From: Camelus dromedarius
Taxonomy: Eukaryota
Assembly: GCF_036321535.1 (NCBI RefSeq)
Contig: NC_087436.1
Coordinates: forward strand, 30,754,001-30,818,000
Direction: 5' to 3'
DNA length: 64,000 bases
The translations under genes and the position numbers were made by a program. Position 1 is the stretch's first letter; each line of letters starts with the position of its first letter. The notes under the pieces were generated by a model, which did not search any database, had not been told where the DNA came from, and saw nothing but the letters and a program-made list of their open reading frames with translations. Shown here in pieces: positions 14,681 through 28,959 of the stretch.

Positions 14681-15898
14681 ACTGAGTTACTGTTTTTGTT
14701 TTTCTGTTTGTTTGTTTTTAGTTTTGGAATTACTTCATTTCTTATTCCTCAAATGTATTTTGTGTCTTTTTTGGTGTTTTCTTTTCTAATCCCTTATCAA
14801 ATTATATTTCATTTCTGTGAGCAGAGAAAGTATAGTTAAAGTCTCTGATAATTCAAATATCTGGAGTCCCTCTGGGCAGGTTTTGCTTGAGAATGTTTCT
14901 TCTTTTGGTTGCTCATGTAGTCTTGCTATTCACTTGATAATTTTTCATTGTCAGGATACTGCATTTGAAAAAGTATAGAAGTAATTCAAGACCTAAGAGT
15001 ATATTATCCTTTTCCAGAAACAGTTAACATTTGCTTACAGCAAGTGGCTAGAGGCACTAGCAATTTGGCAACTCCTGACTAAATCAACTCAAAAACTCAA
15101 ATTAAAGGTCTAGCAGAGAGAAATCATGCCATTTTAGGCATTAAAACTATTTATCTCCAATTCTGCTATCCTACACTTGATGTCTGACTTTCCAAAAAAC
15201 AACTTTCAAGGTATACAAGAAAAGCAAGATAAATAACACATTGCCAAGAAATAGTTCAGGTATGACACAGCTGTTAAGAGAAATAGAGATTTTTAAATAA
15301 CCATGATTAAAACAACAAAGGCATTTAACAAAGAATCTTCATAATGAATATTTCCAAAAAATTCATTAATATATTCATGACTTACATAATGAGCTGCAAA
15401 TATTTTTTAAGATCTGAGCACACTGATGCTAGACCACTAGTACAATACCCATTGAGTAAAAACTATTCTTCTCTGCTTGACCCACACCAACCCGTTTAAA
15501 CCTTGCTCCAACTTTTCTTTGATATAAACTTAATAAACTTACAGATTGCAGGTAGCAATATGGAGGCAAGAAATAAACGTGATTGGTGAGAAAAGGAAAA
15601 TGATCAGACCATGGATTCCTATCTCCTTCTTGATTTCGGACCACCCATTGCGAAGACCTAAAGATCAGAGAAAACTCACTTTTAATCCATGTTTACAGTT
15701 GTGATTACTACACAGTAACAAACACTTAGACTACTGCAATAGGACTGTTTTGCAACAAAGTAATCATAGACATTTTCATTACTCAAAAGTAACCAGAGAA
15801 GACCTAGAGCCTGCTCAAGTTTAAATGCAGGAGCTAAATCAATCAACACTCTAACCTCATAATATTTTTTTAAATAGAGATTGAAAATTAAGTGAGGT

Positions 15899-16425
15899 CT
15901 TTAACAAAATATTAGCAAATTGAATCCAACAATGTATAAAAAGAATTATACACCATAACCAAGTAGGATTTATCTCAGGCATTCAAGGCCATTCAAAATC
16001 TGAAAATCAATTAATATAATCCATCACATCAACAGACTGAGGAAGACAAATCACATTATCATACGAACAGATGCAGAAAAAGCATTTGACAAAATTCAAC
16101 ATCAATTCATGATAAAACCTCTTGGTAAACTAAAAACAGAGGGGAACTTTTTCAATTTGATCGAGAATACCTACAAAAAAATACAGCTAACATCATACTT
16201 AATGGTAAGAAACTCAAAGTTTTCCCACTAAGGTCAGGTACAAGGCAAAAATAATACCTCTCATCACTCCCTTTCAACATCATACTGGAACTTTAGATAA
16301 TGTAATGAGATCCCCCCCCCCAAAAAAAAAGAAAAAAAGAAAAGAAATGGAGGATATAGAGACTGGAAAGAAAGATATAAAACTATCTTTATTCACAAAT
16401 GGCATGACCATCTATGTGGAAAATC
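15899..16425 (+). mobile_element. Decayed L1 ORF2 reverse-transcriptase fragment
   Basis: Translates across frameshifts as NKILAN*IQQCIKRIIHHNQVGFISG..., DAEKAFDKIQHQFMIK, SGTRQ and IKLSLFTNGMTIYVEN (degenerate FADD motif). Confidence 0.9.
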
Positions 16426-19400
16426 TGTCTCTCTCATCTCTCAATATCCCTAAACATCTGAGAGTTTTAGGTGTACCAGAGGAAAGGGAGATACACAGAG
16501 ATAGAGATCATAGAGTTGAGAATAGAGGGGGAAAGAGATGGAAAGACTGAAGGAGAGAGAAAAAGAGTGATAAAGTAAAGACGGTAAACTTAATAACTGG
16601 AGAATATGGTTGAAAGACAGAATAGTTCTACATACTCACTTTGAACTTTTATGTAATTTTGAAATTATTTTAAAATAGTTTATTCCCCAAAGAGTATCTT
16701 TTTATGCAGATGAGGTAAAGCTACCTAAATAAGTAAATTTTAACTGATTTTTCTTTAAATCAATATGATAAAGATGAAATGCACAAGTATAACCACAACT
16801 TCCAAAATCAACAAAAGCCAAAAACACCAAGATATCTTTAAGATTATACATATAATCTTATTTTACATGATTATCAATGAACCCAGGACACAGAACCCAC
16901 CTAACTTGTATTTTCAATGTAAAATTCAACATTAAAAAATATGACTATTTACTCATTCTGTTAAATTAAGTTGAGCTTCTTGACCTTGTCATATAGACCT
17001 GTCACATTTCAGGTATTATTTGCAATATTTCAAAAAGTCTTTGCATTATCATTCCAAAATAAAAGACATAACTTAAAGGTTATTATTTAAAATACTAGGA
17101 TAAATCATTTTTCTGTTACATCAAGTGCCTACGTTACACCAGTATTTGAACACATTCCAGCAGCTCTGTCATTTTCCAATACTGATTTCTCCTGGATGGT
17201 CTATTATTCTGAAGAAATAAATCTGAAGGTTAAAGCTTTAATAAAAACATCTCTCTTTCATTAGTTCAGAAAGTACATTAGTTGCCTTTGAATTTTAGGG
17301 GTATCTTTGCAACGTCAATATTTTTAGATAGTTCTTACACTGGAGGTTGTCACACACCCTCAAAAACAAACAAATAAGAAAAAACCAAAATTCTACATCA
17401 TCACATTTTTCATTAAAAATTTTAAAAGAAAGATGAACCAGCTCCTGGGGATTGTGTTCACTGGAAGTTTGGAGTAAGGGAGAGTTTAAGTTCTGTGAAG
17501 TGACAAAATCCAGAAGCATTTCTCATCCAGTGCTCCTGGAACTGACTTTGGCCCCTGGAGAAAGCTGTCTAAAAGAAACAAAATCTCATTGCTAAACATT
17601 GAAGCTCTCCTAGCTTGTAGGGTAAAAGGGTCTGACTGAATCCCAAAATAACTGAGTATGATACAAGGAAAGAACTGCAGTAAAAAGGCTCGGCTAAGGG
17701 AGTAGGGCTAACACCTGAGCAGAGGATTGAACATCTGCTGCTAAGGAGTGTTTAAGAAACTTAAGGTGACCCTATAGCAATCTGGATATTTAAAGGAAAT
17801 CTACATGACAGTTTTTTCACAGACTGGTGATAAGAGGGCATACTTTTTATTTATATAAATAATTGTTTTAAAATATACTTCAGAAAGTCATCGGCCTCTT
17901 TTGAAGAAGTATGTTTCTAAGTGGAGCTGCAAATTTAGGCTTACAGTGAATGAATGTTTTACTGTAGGCAACAAGACTTACAGGAAAAACAGAGTATCAA
18001 CTTTCATACTATTCTGAATAAAGACACTCCTAGTTAGGAGGTGTCAATACAAGTTGCTCCTTAATTCAACACACATTTTGAATTACTGTTCTAAGTAAAA
18101 TCATATACACCAAATGATTTGATTCTAGTATGGATAACAGGATAATTTAAGAGCTAAATTCCACCTTTAAATCAAGTAGGCGCTAAAATTATCAGAAGTA
18201 TTCCTATGTATAGTACATGAGAATTGCCAGCAAAGTGTTAAAAAAAATACAGCAACATTTTCTTACATATTTCCATAGTTAGCACAGTTTATAGTCAAGT
18301 ACACTAAAGACATGTCCTAATGCATCTTTTATTATTTAGAAAGTTATGTCTTCTGCCATTTTTTGGACTGAGCCTAACAGAAACTTAAGTTGGAAGAAGG
18401 ATGTGTTCTTGTTTAATACTGAGTCATGCTACTAGAATATTTCCTTATTTTTCTGAAATGCATACATACTAGATTGAAGTCTTTCACCCATTTTGCTGAA
18501 AATGTTTTTAAAATCTATCACATAAGAAGTTACTTATATTATTGAATCCAAGCCAACAAATTGTTTCAACAAACACAAAATAAAACTTCTGATTATATAT
18601 TGAAATTCTATTTTACATAATATATATATAAATGCATTCTATATATATATTTAAAATACCTAATATATATTATTTACATATTACTATATAAAGCATATTA
18701 TAACACATATTTTATAAGTTTGTTATCTTTATATATTATATATGCCTTATAACATTGCAATACATAAATACATATATGTATACATATGACTTTACACATA
18801 TTCTCAGAAGTAGCCTGTGACATTTAAAAATTATAATGATAGCTCCTGGGGCTCTGATACTCACCAAGTATTCCCACAACTGATTATCATTCCCTTTTTA
18901 GGAGTTAATTCAGGGGGAAAAAAAATCCAGGCTCTCAAATTAATGCAAACATTCCTACAAAGCGTATGAGAATTTAAGGCAGTTTTACAGCTTTAAAAAA
19001 AAAAAAGAGAAACATCCCATCAAAGCCCCAAGAAAAAAAGAATGCCAACAACAATTAAGCTGAAGCAGCTTCACTGACCCCTCTGCTCTCACTTAGAGTC
19101 GTGCAGCAGTATTAAATCAAAAGGGACTGGGAAAGGATTATAAAGGATCGTGTTTACCTTAACCTGGGCATTAGATGTTCAGCAATGTGTAACAAACCAC
19201 AGTACTCTAAGATGTAACTACATATAAGATTTTAAAAGGGGGTAGTGAGGGAAAGTGGAATGCAGCTTCAAAGCAGGAATCCCCATCTCTTTCCTCTGAA
19301 CTTTAGATTTGTGGTTAGTTCCACTGAAAACAGGGGAACGAACCATCCCATTGTTAGCAGCGCATACACAGTGGGAAATTGTAACTTACAGCTTTAAAGG

Positions 19401-21740
19401 TTAGTCTGTGCTCCAAAAAGACATATAAAGATAGCATGGAGTCTGGCATTATTTATCATCTGTAGATGCAGTTACTACTTAATGTCACTGACTTCCATGT
19501 CAGTGGAGAACTCTATGAAACTCTGTTCAGTGGGCCACCCACATGAGAAAGCAAAGCCGCCCTGAGACTGAGCAAAAAAAGATGACTCAAGCTAACATTT
19601 CCTCTTGTAAATCATCCACTCTCCTAAAGAGTCTCTTTACTAAAGTGCTTGGAATTATGCAAGGACAGATTTCTACTCATATTTTTAAAGAAAACAATAT
19701 ATAAAACATCTAAGTGGATAAAACTAATGTAAGTGTTAACAGAAACATTACAAACTAACATATACTTAGATTCCCTCTTTCTTTCCAAAGAAAGAAACAT
19801 TTTAAAATACCAATCAAATTTCTCATTGAATAAGATGCATCCAGTTGAAAAAAGTTTTTGAAACAAACAAAAAATGATCACTCACTTTCCAAGTACTTTG
19901 CAATGTGTTTGGGAATAGATAAGCAAATATAAGGCCAACTTTACAGATCTTGCAATAATCTAGTGGGAATGATAATAAGTATATAGAAATCACCTTAGTA
20001 CATATCAGAACATAAAACATATTGAAACTTTTAAAGTAGAAGGAGAGAACCTAACCAAGAGTGATGAGTAAGATCACAAGTGTTCATGGATGTGTTACCA
20101 CATCAGCTGGGCCTTGAAGGTTGAGTAAAAGTTTCGCAGGTAGAGAAAGCTGTGAAGGATATTCTAGGCAAAGAGAGAGAATTAGTGAGAATATAATCTG
20201 AAATAAAATTTACTGGGATTCGGGTGATGTTAAGCAAATGTTTTTGCTTGGCCACAGATTTTAAAATAGGATGAAAGTAAGTTGGGAATCAGATGGGCCC
20301 CTGCAGCAGACACTGCTTCTGCTCAGGCAATGCCAGACACAACCCTCTTTCCCCTCACTTGCCTCCAGCCCAGAAGATGAAAACAAGCTACTAATTCCCT
20401 CAGATAGTTTCACTGCCCACCATGTTTGGCCATGAAACACTGTCCTACTAAAACAGAGAAGTGTGCTGGTGCTGTCCTTCCTCCTTTCTTCATGCCTCCA
20501 AACACGGTTTCTTTTCAAAATGTATAATGCATTGCAAAACGTATAATGCATACAAATGGGTGTGTATTACCTATATACAAACTAGAAAAGAAGAATAACT
20601 GAACCCCATACAACTACCAGCCAGTTTAAAAAATGCCAAATTCTTTTTTTATATTGGTCTTTTTTATATTGTAGGTTGTTCTCAAATATCAAGTGATACC
20701 TTGTATTTAAGTGTGATGTACTAGAGAATTCTTTGTGTACAAACTGAGTTTGTTGATTTTTTAATTATTATTAGGAAAATGTGTAGAAATTCCAGCAGTA
20801 CACCATAAAAGTTTAATATCTGTGGGCTTATTCTCTTGGGCCATTCAGTTTCTCTTGAAAATATTCTTCTCATTCCCTATAGAAGGTGCAATGGCATCTT
20901 CTATTCATGAAGGAAAGACCAAGAGAATAAAGAGATGTCAGTCATGACATCATTTAGCAGATTAACTAACTCTGCCTCAGAACTATTTGTTACTAAGTAA
21001 AAATAATAACCAAATTCAATTTCTTTAGGCTATTGTTGATCAGCATTCTGTCATTTCCTCCTGAAAATTCTTAACTGATAAAATACCCTGAATAAATTGA
21101 GAATGAGTAAAATGAGTACACTATGGAGAAAATCTCTAGATGTTCTCAAACTATCCTTTATTTTTATGGCAAATAAGTGACGTCCCAAAGCTTGGATGAG
21201 AACTATTAAAAGTTGGTATTTTCCCATTTTCCCCACAGAAGATGAAATAAGGACAAGGAATAATCTCCAAGGTGTAATGATGTCAAGAGGAAATGGCAGT
21301 AGCCAACAAACACAGCATAAAAATTAGCAAAGAATTAAAAAGATAACCACTTGAAAAAAGAAAAAAAGAAAGAAAACCACTCGAAATACAAGTCTATCTT
21401 CTAGGAATTCACACCATAATGACTGGTTCATCCTGAAGCGTGTTATAGGAAAAACTTAAGATACTCATCAGAGTAGTTAGGGCACTGTCCCTGGTGCAGA
21501 ATGAAGAAAAGAATGACAACCACTCGCATCTAGTTCTCAAGCCCTCAACATCAGGAGCAGGGTTTAAAGATCAGATAGCAAAGCAAGATCAAAGATAATC
21601 CATTCCTACGATTTTAAGAAGCCAATAGCAGACGCAGATTGCCCACAAAGATAATAATTATACAAGAAGAAAAAAATGAGACCAACTTAATGCAACAATA
21701 TAGAATAATAAATATGTAAGTAAGAAAGCAAATAAATAAG

Positions 21741-21742
<2 letters not shown>

Positions 21743-21814
<72 letters not shown>
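21743..21814. repeat. Compound microsatellite (TAAG)7(TAAA)11
   Basis: Read directly. Confidence 0.95.
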
Positions 21815-21818
<4 letters not shown>

Positions 21819-22199
21819 AGGGGCTTAGTTTACAAATTGCAGATGAGGAACCCATTTTGGAAACAGATTTGCTGCCCAAATCCAAAAACGAATGTAGGCA
21901 CTACTTATCAATGTCAAGAAATAATGAACATGGGTTTAATAAAATAACACTTCAAGGGTGAGATGCTAAGTCAACAAAGGGAAATTTAAAAGAAGCTGTC
22001 AAGAAAGAAATGAAGAAACAAAACTGTCTTTTCTCAACCAAGCAATATAATCAAAGCAGCAAGCAGTAAAGCTGACAACACACAAACCAAATCAGTTATG
22101 TGCAGAATAAGGCTAAAAAATATCACAGTAAATGCAAGCAAAAACAGTAAAGATAAAGATGATTAGAAGGAAAATGAAATTAGAAAGAAAAAATAAATT

Positions 22200-22400
22200 T
22201 AACATTTATCGCCAAGCCTATGAATTATCTCACTTAAATAATTACTGGAAAGACAAAAATCCTATGTAGTAGGTACTATTGTTTCCCCATTTTACAGAAG
22301 AGTATCTTAGCCAAACTCATTCAGCAAGTGAGCAATGGATTTAGACTTGAGAACCGTGCCACTACAGAGGCTGAATTCACAACTTTTATTCTACATTCTA
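22200..22400 (-). mobile_element. MIR fragment
   Basis: cctatgtagtaggtactattgtttccccattttacagaagag...cagcaagtgagcaatggatttagacttga. Confidence 0.6.
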
Positions 22401-22519
22401 TAAAACATTAGAAAAAAATCTACTCATCTACTTATTATCTGGTTGGTCTCAGAAGTCTCTTAAAATGAGACACACACTTTCTCATGAGGAGAAATTGTTT
22501 ATTGCCTTCATAGTGTCCG

Positions 22520-23080
22520 ATTTTCCCTGGAACTCTAGCTTTCCTCAGGAGCCACCCATTCTCAAGTAGCCTATATGACTCAAGAGAAGCTGATCCCATA
22601 TCCAACTATAGGGGTGGATGTGAATTAGTTTAGATCACCATGGGCATCCCAGCTCTTTGCCAGGGATTGGTTAAGGAATCCTAGCTTACTCTGATCAGTG
22701 CATATTATTTTCAAATGAGCTCTTCAGCTAAGTTGGACCAATTAGACTGAATGGAAGAATCTTATATTCTATAGTTCTGGGACAGATTCTTCCCTTATTT
22801 GTACTAGAAGTGAACAAGGAAGTTCACTGCCTTGTTTTCTGCTAACAGTCATCTTACGATCATGAGAAAAGGCAGTCTGAGAAAACAACAACAGCAGCAA
22901 CAACAAAACAGCTGCACAGCAATGAAGGAAGAGCCGAGTGAAGGGTAAGTAAATGGAGTGAGAACCTGAAACTATCTTACTTCCAGATTTTGGGTTATGT
23001 GAAATAAAATCCCCTTGTCATTTTAGCCATTTGAGTTGAGTTTTCTGATACTTAACTGGCACATCTATTTTCACTGATAT
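22520..23080 (+). mobile_element. MaLR LTR (MLT1K-like)
   Basis: gaagctgatccca...gggattggttaagg...cagtcatcttacgatcatgag...ttatgtgaaataaaatccccttgtcattttagccatttgagttgagttttctgatacttaac. Confidence 0.6.
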
Positions 23081-24849
23081 CATACAGGCACCTCTATATA
23101 CACAAACACACACACACAATGTTCACATTATCGAATATTAGACACCACATCTACCTGAGTCTTTACCTTAGTAATGTACCTTTGTATTCAGAAAAACAGA
23201 GTTTGTTTCCAGAGTTCAAGTTATAATAGGATGCTTAAGGTTATCTATACCTATAGATATACCTGCCTTGTCTATGACAAACACAAAACTAGATTTTGTT
23301 AATTACTATAGAAAAATAAGTTCAGAAATATTAGTAAATAAAAATTTGCTTTAAAATAGAAAGGCATAGAAAGATATTGTTCCAGCAGAAGTTAAGAAGC
23401 AGGACAGTGTTTCCATTTCTCTGGCCTCTCTACACTTGTATGATACATGTCACCTCAAATTCCTGCTATGCTGCTAGTTCCACTACAATGGTGACATCAC
23501 CTAACATGGAAACATTAGCTGTCAATCCCAGGCTTCCTGAAGCTCTCTGAAACCCAGTCCCTAGATGGCCTCGTTGCTTTTTTCTCACTTTATTGAAGTA
23601 ATGCCAGTAATATCCCAGATAGCACACCAGGTAGGAAGAGAGATCCATTTTCAGTGTCAACCTCTAGTTTTACAGAAAGTATAAAAATAATGCATAAAAG
23701 ACATTGGTCGGAGCCACTGGGGTTAGGATTTGATTCACATGTCACCTCAACAGACGAACAACAGATCTGATTCCCTGTCTTTCTGGAAGGCTGACAGTTA
23801 TGCCCAGACAAATGCTGAAAGAGTGGCAATGAGAGATGAGGCGTTATTAGTTCAGGGGATTTTAATCTTATTGAACTTCTTAGACCTTAGTTTGGCCTGA
23901 TGAAAATAGTATTCCTCTTATAGAAACCTTTTGGTTAAAAGTAATATATCTCTTCTTGTTTAAGCAACTGGGGAGAGAAATATTTATGTTTGCTCTTGGC
24001 AAATTTGAACAGCAGAGGCAGGTTGGGATCAGATCACGTGTAGGTCATGTCGAAGATTTTGGGCTTTATTTTAAGAGCACTTATAAATAACTGATAATTC
24101 CTGTGAGATGGAAAGGAAGTTTTGGGTCAAATGTGAGTCCTGGGAACTCACCCTATAGCAACCAGTCAGGCATTAGAATCGGAGGCCCAGGATTTTAGAA
24201 GACCTCTGTATTAGCCCCAAAGATACAAAGACTTTAACAACAAAAAACTAAAAACAAACAAACAAAACAAAATACAGGATAAATATGAGTGAAAAAGAGT
24301 ATGCTTTAATTCAATTCTACACCAGCAATGTCATAGTTTACTTGTAAAGCTAATGTAAAAATTCTCCTAAACGTGAGAACTCAGTTCAATCGTACATATA
24401 CCCTTTGCACAAAGCCCTGTTCAATAATGCAAACCAGCAGTAACCCAGAGATAACCTAAAATAAAGAAGACAAAAATGGGAGCATGGATTATAAAGAATA
24501 AACAGTAAGTTTTAATTGTCTATTAACAAAGAACTCAATCTAAAAATCTTTAGAAATTACACATATAATACTAAACATAGGTTTCAAACTTGGATATAAT
24601 CCTATGGAATAAAAATAGCAAACATGGACAAATATCACAAAAGTCTGGGGAAATAATTGGAAGAGGAAGTATAAGGGTATAACTTCTTTCGTCTTTCAGA
24701 TAAGGAATAAAACGTATTGCTTCAGATATAAATCTAATGAATTAATAAATATATAAAGTTATAAAGAACAAAACACATAGGTTGTATATTTCTGAAATTA
24801 TCACAGCAAAAAGAAGAAACAAAAATATTGCAAAAGATAAGAAACACAA

Positions 24850-25270
24850 AAATTCATTCAGTCTTTCAGTGAATATTTATGGGGCCACTACTACATTCCA
24901 CACCCTGTTTAGCGATACAATAGAGAAAAAAAAAAGGTCATGTCTCTGTCTTTAAGGAACTTTTAAACTACTTTTGAAGTAAAACATTCAGTTAATAATC
25001 ACTACTGAATTTAATCTCGATTGACCATTACAATAGCTAAATAATGAAAGTAAAGTCTAAAAGTGTGTAACTGGAGGATGTGATGTGGCCCCGGGATAGG
25101 CAAGGTCTTGAAGAAGAACGCAGTGATTTTGATGGCGAAGAGGAGGAAAAAGCAATTCCGTCAGTGGAAGCCACCTGAGTGACAGTCCAAAAGGAAGGAA
25201 AATGAAGTGATGAAGAAACTGAAATAAAATTTGTATAATAGCTAAAATGCAGAAAACACAAACAATAGTG
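24850..25270 (-). mobile_element. L2 3' end fragment
   Basis: attcattcagtctttcagtgaatatttatggggccactactacattcca...tctctgtctttaaggaactt. Confidence 0.55.
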
Positions 25271-26156
25271 GCATCAGCTCTGCTGGGAAAACAGGAAGCA
25301 GACAAATGTCAATGGCAAACCCTGGCAGTGGTTCCTCACCATCAGCTCCCTCCTTCTGAGGGCTCTTGCCCTACAGCTTGCAGCACTTTTCTTTCGGGGA
25401 GAATCTTTCCTGGCTCCCGCTGTGGATTTTGACTCACCTTGGTAGGTGGAATGGGATTGAATATGACATATACCACAACGGACTAAAAGCTTTATGTGGG
25501 TTGTGCAGTTATCTTTGTGTTTCTGATCTTGACAATAAGATTGGCACATTCCAGATAGGGGCTGATCTGTCAGCCTGGGCCCTAATGCAAGGAGGTTCAT
25601 GGCTCCCAGGCCAGCCACAAAGACCTTATAACAATCATAATTCAAGAAAAAAGTGGAAGTTTATTATTGTACGCTGCAGAGATTTAGGGATTTATTTAGT
25701 TTACGCAAAGCCTAGCAAAAGTTCAGTAAGAGAATATGTAACTCATGTTTTGGCAAGAAGATTAATAAAAGCTTCTACCAAAACATTCTGGATCACAATT
25801 ATACACGTATAGGTTTATACACACATACAGATGCATCTAGAACATTCCTTAATTAAATGTTGTTTGTGGGTTACCTCCATCACTTTTTCTGCCCTTTTTA
25901 AAAATATTTTTCTAGTATCTTGTGAATATGTGGGAACTTTGTGAATTAAAAAAAAAAAACAACTGACATTCACTGACAGAAAAATTAAAAACAGGGTTTT
26001 AAAAAAATTATTTTAAATTTTAAAAATTTATTATTGTAAATAATTTTAAATTAATTTAAACTTACCTAAAGTGGCATTTTATATTTATAATAGTTCCCAA
26101 GACATTGGGGAAAATAAATTTTTAGTGGAGAGATGTATGGTATACACCACATCAGA

Positions 26157-26342
26157 GCAGTGCTCCTCCAACTAGCATGCAACAGAATTACCTGGATTCT
26201 CACCTACCTAAGCCCTGCCTCCAAAGGGTTTGATTCCTTAGGCATGGAGGGGAGGGTGCAAGGGGGCCAACAGTTTGCATTTCAACTATTTCCCAGGTGA
26301 TACCGATGCTACCGTTCTAAAAACATATTTTGAAGAGTAATA
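26157..26342. mobile_element. MER5A-like hAT-Charlie MITE
   Basis: gcagtgctcctccaactagcatgcaacagaattacctgga...tttgcatttcaactatttcccaggtgataccgatgct. Confidence 0.65.
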
Positions 26343-28959
26343 CATTAAATGGTCAGACAGTTAAATACCTAGATAAGAATTTTGTTTTGCATTCATAATT
26401 TCAAACAATCAGTTGATCTGATTGTTCTTTTAGTCAAACTGCTGCTTGAGAAACATTTGAGTTGTTTGACTCTATAACTCTTTTTTTATACGTTGTTTGT
26501 AAGACTTGAAGCCAGGTGAGTTACTTCCAATTAAACAGCTCTCTTCTTATAATTATATGTCCTATTGAAACATACTCGTAGACTTGGGAAGTAGGACACA
26601 CAAACACATAAACACACAAACATATTTCCTTCCTGTCCATGGAAAAGTTACATTTTCAGAGGTAAGGTATTAACTTTTTGACTAAATGACCATCTCTGCT
26701 ACTTTAATGGTTGTTTTCTCTGTGTTTTTTACTTAAGATTTTTCACTAGGCATTCAGCATCCTTGACCTTGTTCATAATCAGTTCACAAGTATCTACAGA
26801 ACTAATTTTGAACTTCAGATTCTTCTATAAAATGGAAAGACATCATTCTCACAGTAGTAGCAGAGTAAAAATGAGCAGATTACTGATTTTCTTTGCAGAA
26901 ACTAGAGTATTGTTGAATTCCACTCTTGAATTAGAAAGGAAGAGTAGCAAAGGCAGGATTCCGAAGGTTTTAATTTTTCCAGTGTATCTTCGTTAAAATT
27001 TGAGAAAACCTTTTAGCTTTATCACACAATGTTTAGCAAGATCAAGATCTATTACCTCATTAAAGAATTTTACTAGAGGAAAAAGTTCATAGAAAGTACA
27101 TAAAATGCTAGGTAATCTGCCTTTGGTGAAACTTGACCCTCTGAAACATCTGAAGCACCACGGTCTTTTTTGAAACTGAAATGGAAAGGTCTGGGCAGGA
27201 GCCTTGTGGGGACAGAACACTCGGCCTCGGAGTCAAAGCCATAAACCATTCCTTGTTATCACTGAACAGTTGCCCTTCTAGCCAGCTAAAAAGAGTAGCA
27301 TTAATAGTCTTTGAAAGGTATCTGATACAGTTTTCCTTGACCACAGTTATGTTGGTAAAAGCACAGATCTTCTAAGAAACAGTACAATTAAAACTAGGAT
27401 ACTGCGGGGGGAGGAGTTGGTATTCAGGAATCACAGAATTTTAGAGTTTGAAAAACCTTATTCAATTGCCATTTTCAAAGCCTGACAATAAGTTTATGTG
27501 CAATAAGAAGAGAGAAGAAAATTTAAATTAAACTCTTCCTTAAACCACAAAGAACCTGACTGCAAAGGAAAAAGTTTTCTGCTTTACTTTTACTTTAAAT
27601 GAGTTTCCCTTGGCCCACTATAACTAGGGAACAGTCTCCAATGTGCCTATTCAAGGTTAGAATTTCAAAATCTTCATTAATATTTTGCCATCGCACCAGG
27701 ATCATTCATGCTACGCTGCATTTGCTAATTAAATTAATAGCTACAAATGCTTACCAAAGAGATTAACTTAGGCATTGCCCTCCCTATAAGAGCTGGTTGC
27801 CAGGCAGCCCTGGGGAAAGACTTGGCATGAAGCTCCTTCTCTCTCAGGACAGAGACTGCTCTGCATCCTTGACTGGGAGAATGAATGCTACGCTGCTTTC
27901 AGTAAGAGCATTCACCTTCGTCTTTACATCTCAATTGTTCCACTTTAATTATTTTAATCACTTAGTGCATTCTACTGTTTCAAGTCTATTTAATTTGAAG
28001 TATATTGTGTCTCATGCTTTGTGGACTTGCTTCAACGTCTTATCTTATTCCAGCCTCTTTACAAGCATCAATTTATATACACATGACTTTTCCACCAACA
28101 ACAGGCACACTTTAATAATAAGTCCTAAAGCTTTTTGCCATGATTGAATAATACAGATTATATATTACTTCAACTCATATAACTATACATTGCCAGATCT
28201 TAGTTTGATGTAATTCCTGGTTTCCCACACTTCCCTACTCTTTATTTTTTGAGATTGCATTTTTTTTCTAGCTACTATATCTATAGACAGCACAGCCACT
28301 TGGTGTTCATACTAAAGATAGATGTGCTCTAGGATGTAGTTTCTGCTGCTAAATTTGCTGCCAGCAAGTTTGTCATTTGTGAAACTTGGCCTTAACCCAA
28401 ATTTGAATTGACATTGTTTCTTTCTTGCAAACAGGTGGCTCTTCCAAACTTTAAACCAAATGCAAGTGAACAATGAGACTGTGCATAACCACCTTTACAA
28501 AAACAAAGTAATAAATGCATGTTTATTAAAAGAACACTGCTTTAACAAATATTTTCAGTCAAAATATTAGGCTAGCTCTAATGATCAAGGAAACTGTGCA
28601 GGATGAGCACTCTTGGAGAAATTTAACAGTTCTGGGAGAAACAGTTTATTTCATTAGGCAACATAAAGCTAAATGTCTGCTCCATGCCTACCTGGTTCTG
28701 ACATAACATCTGCCTGGGTATATGATCTTAAGGCCTTATCCGTATGTGTTGGCTCATCTGTAAGTTTGTGTGTGTGTTGTGTATGCACCAGTGTATGGGT
28801 GTGTGTGTGTGTGCGCGCGTGCATGCTCATGTGCCTTTGTACTCACAGAGTAGGGTTTGAGGGAGGAAAAGTAGCAGCAGGAGAATATCTGAAGAGCTCC
28901 ATGAAAAAGTCATAAACATCACTAGGGTTTAGTGATATTGCCTGTAATATGTGGTATAT

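Noticed and set aside
18590..18800. TA-rich tract (similar ones at ~11230-11320 and ~50200-50390)
   Set aside because: Degenerate (TA)n low-complexity sequence with no regular unit or spacer structure.
25274..25812. 148-aa and 123-aa ORFs
   Set aside because: No recognisable domain, overlapping on opposite strands, and no convincing exon boundaries.
25995..26060. AT palindromes such as TTTAAATTAATTTAAA
   Set aside because: Expected in low-complexity A/T sequence.
27108..27372. Minus-strand acceptor followed by an open frame (KICAFTNITVVKENC...)
   Set aside because: No recognisable protein similarity; expected by chance.
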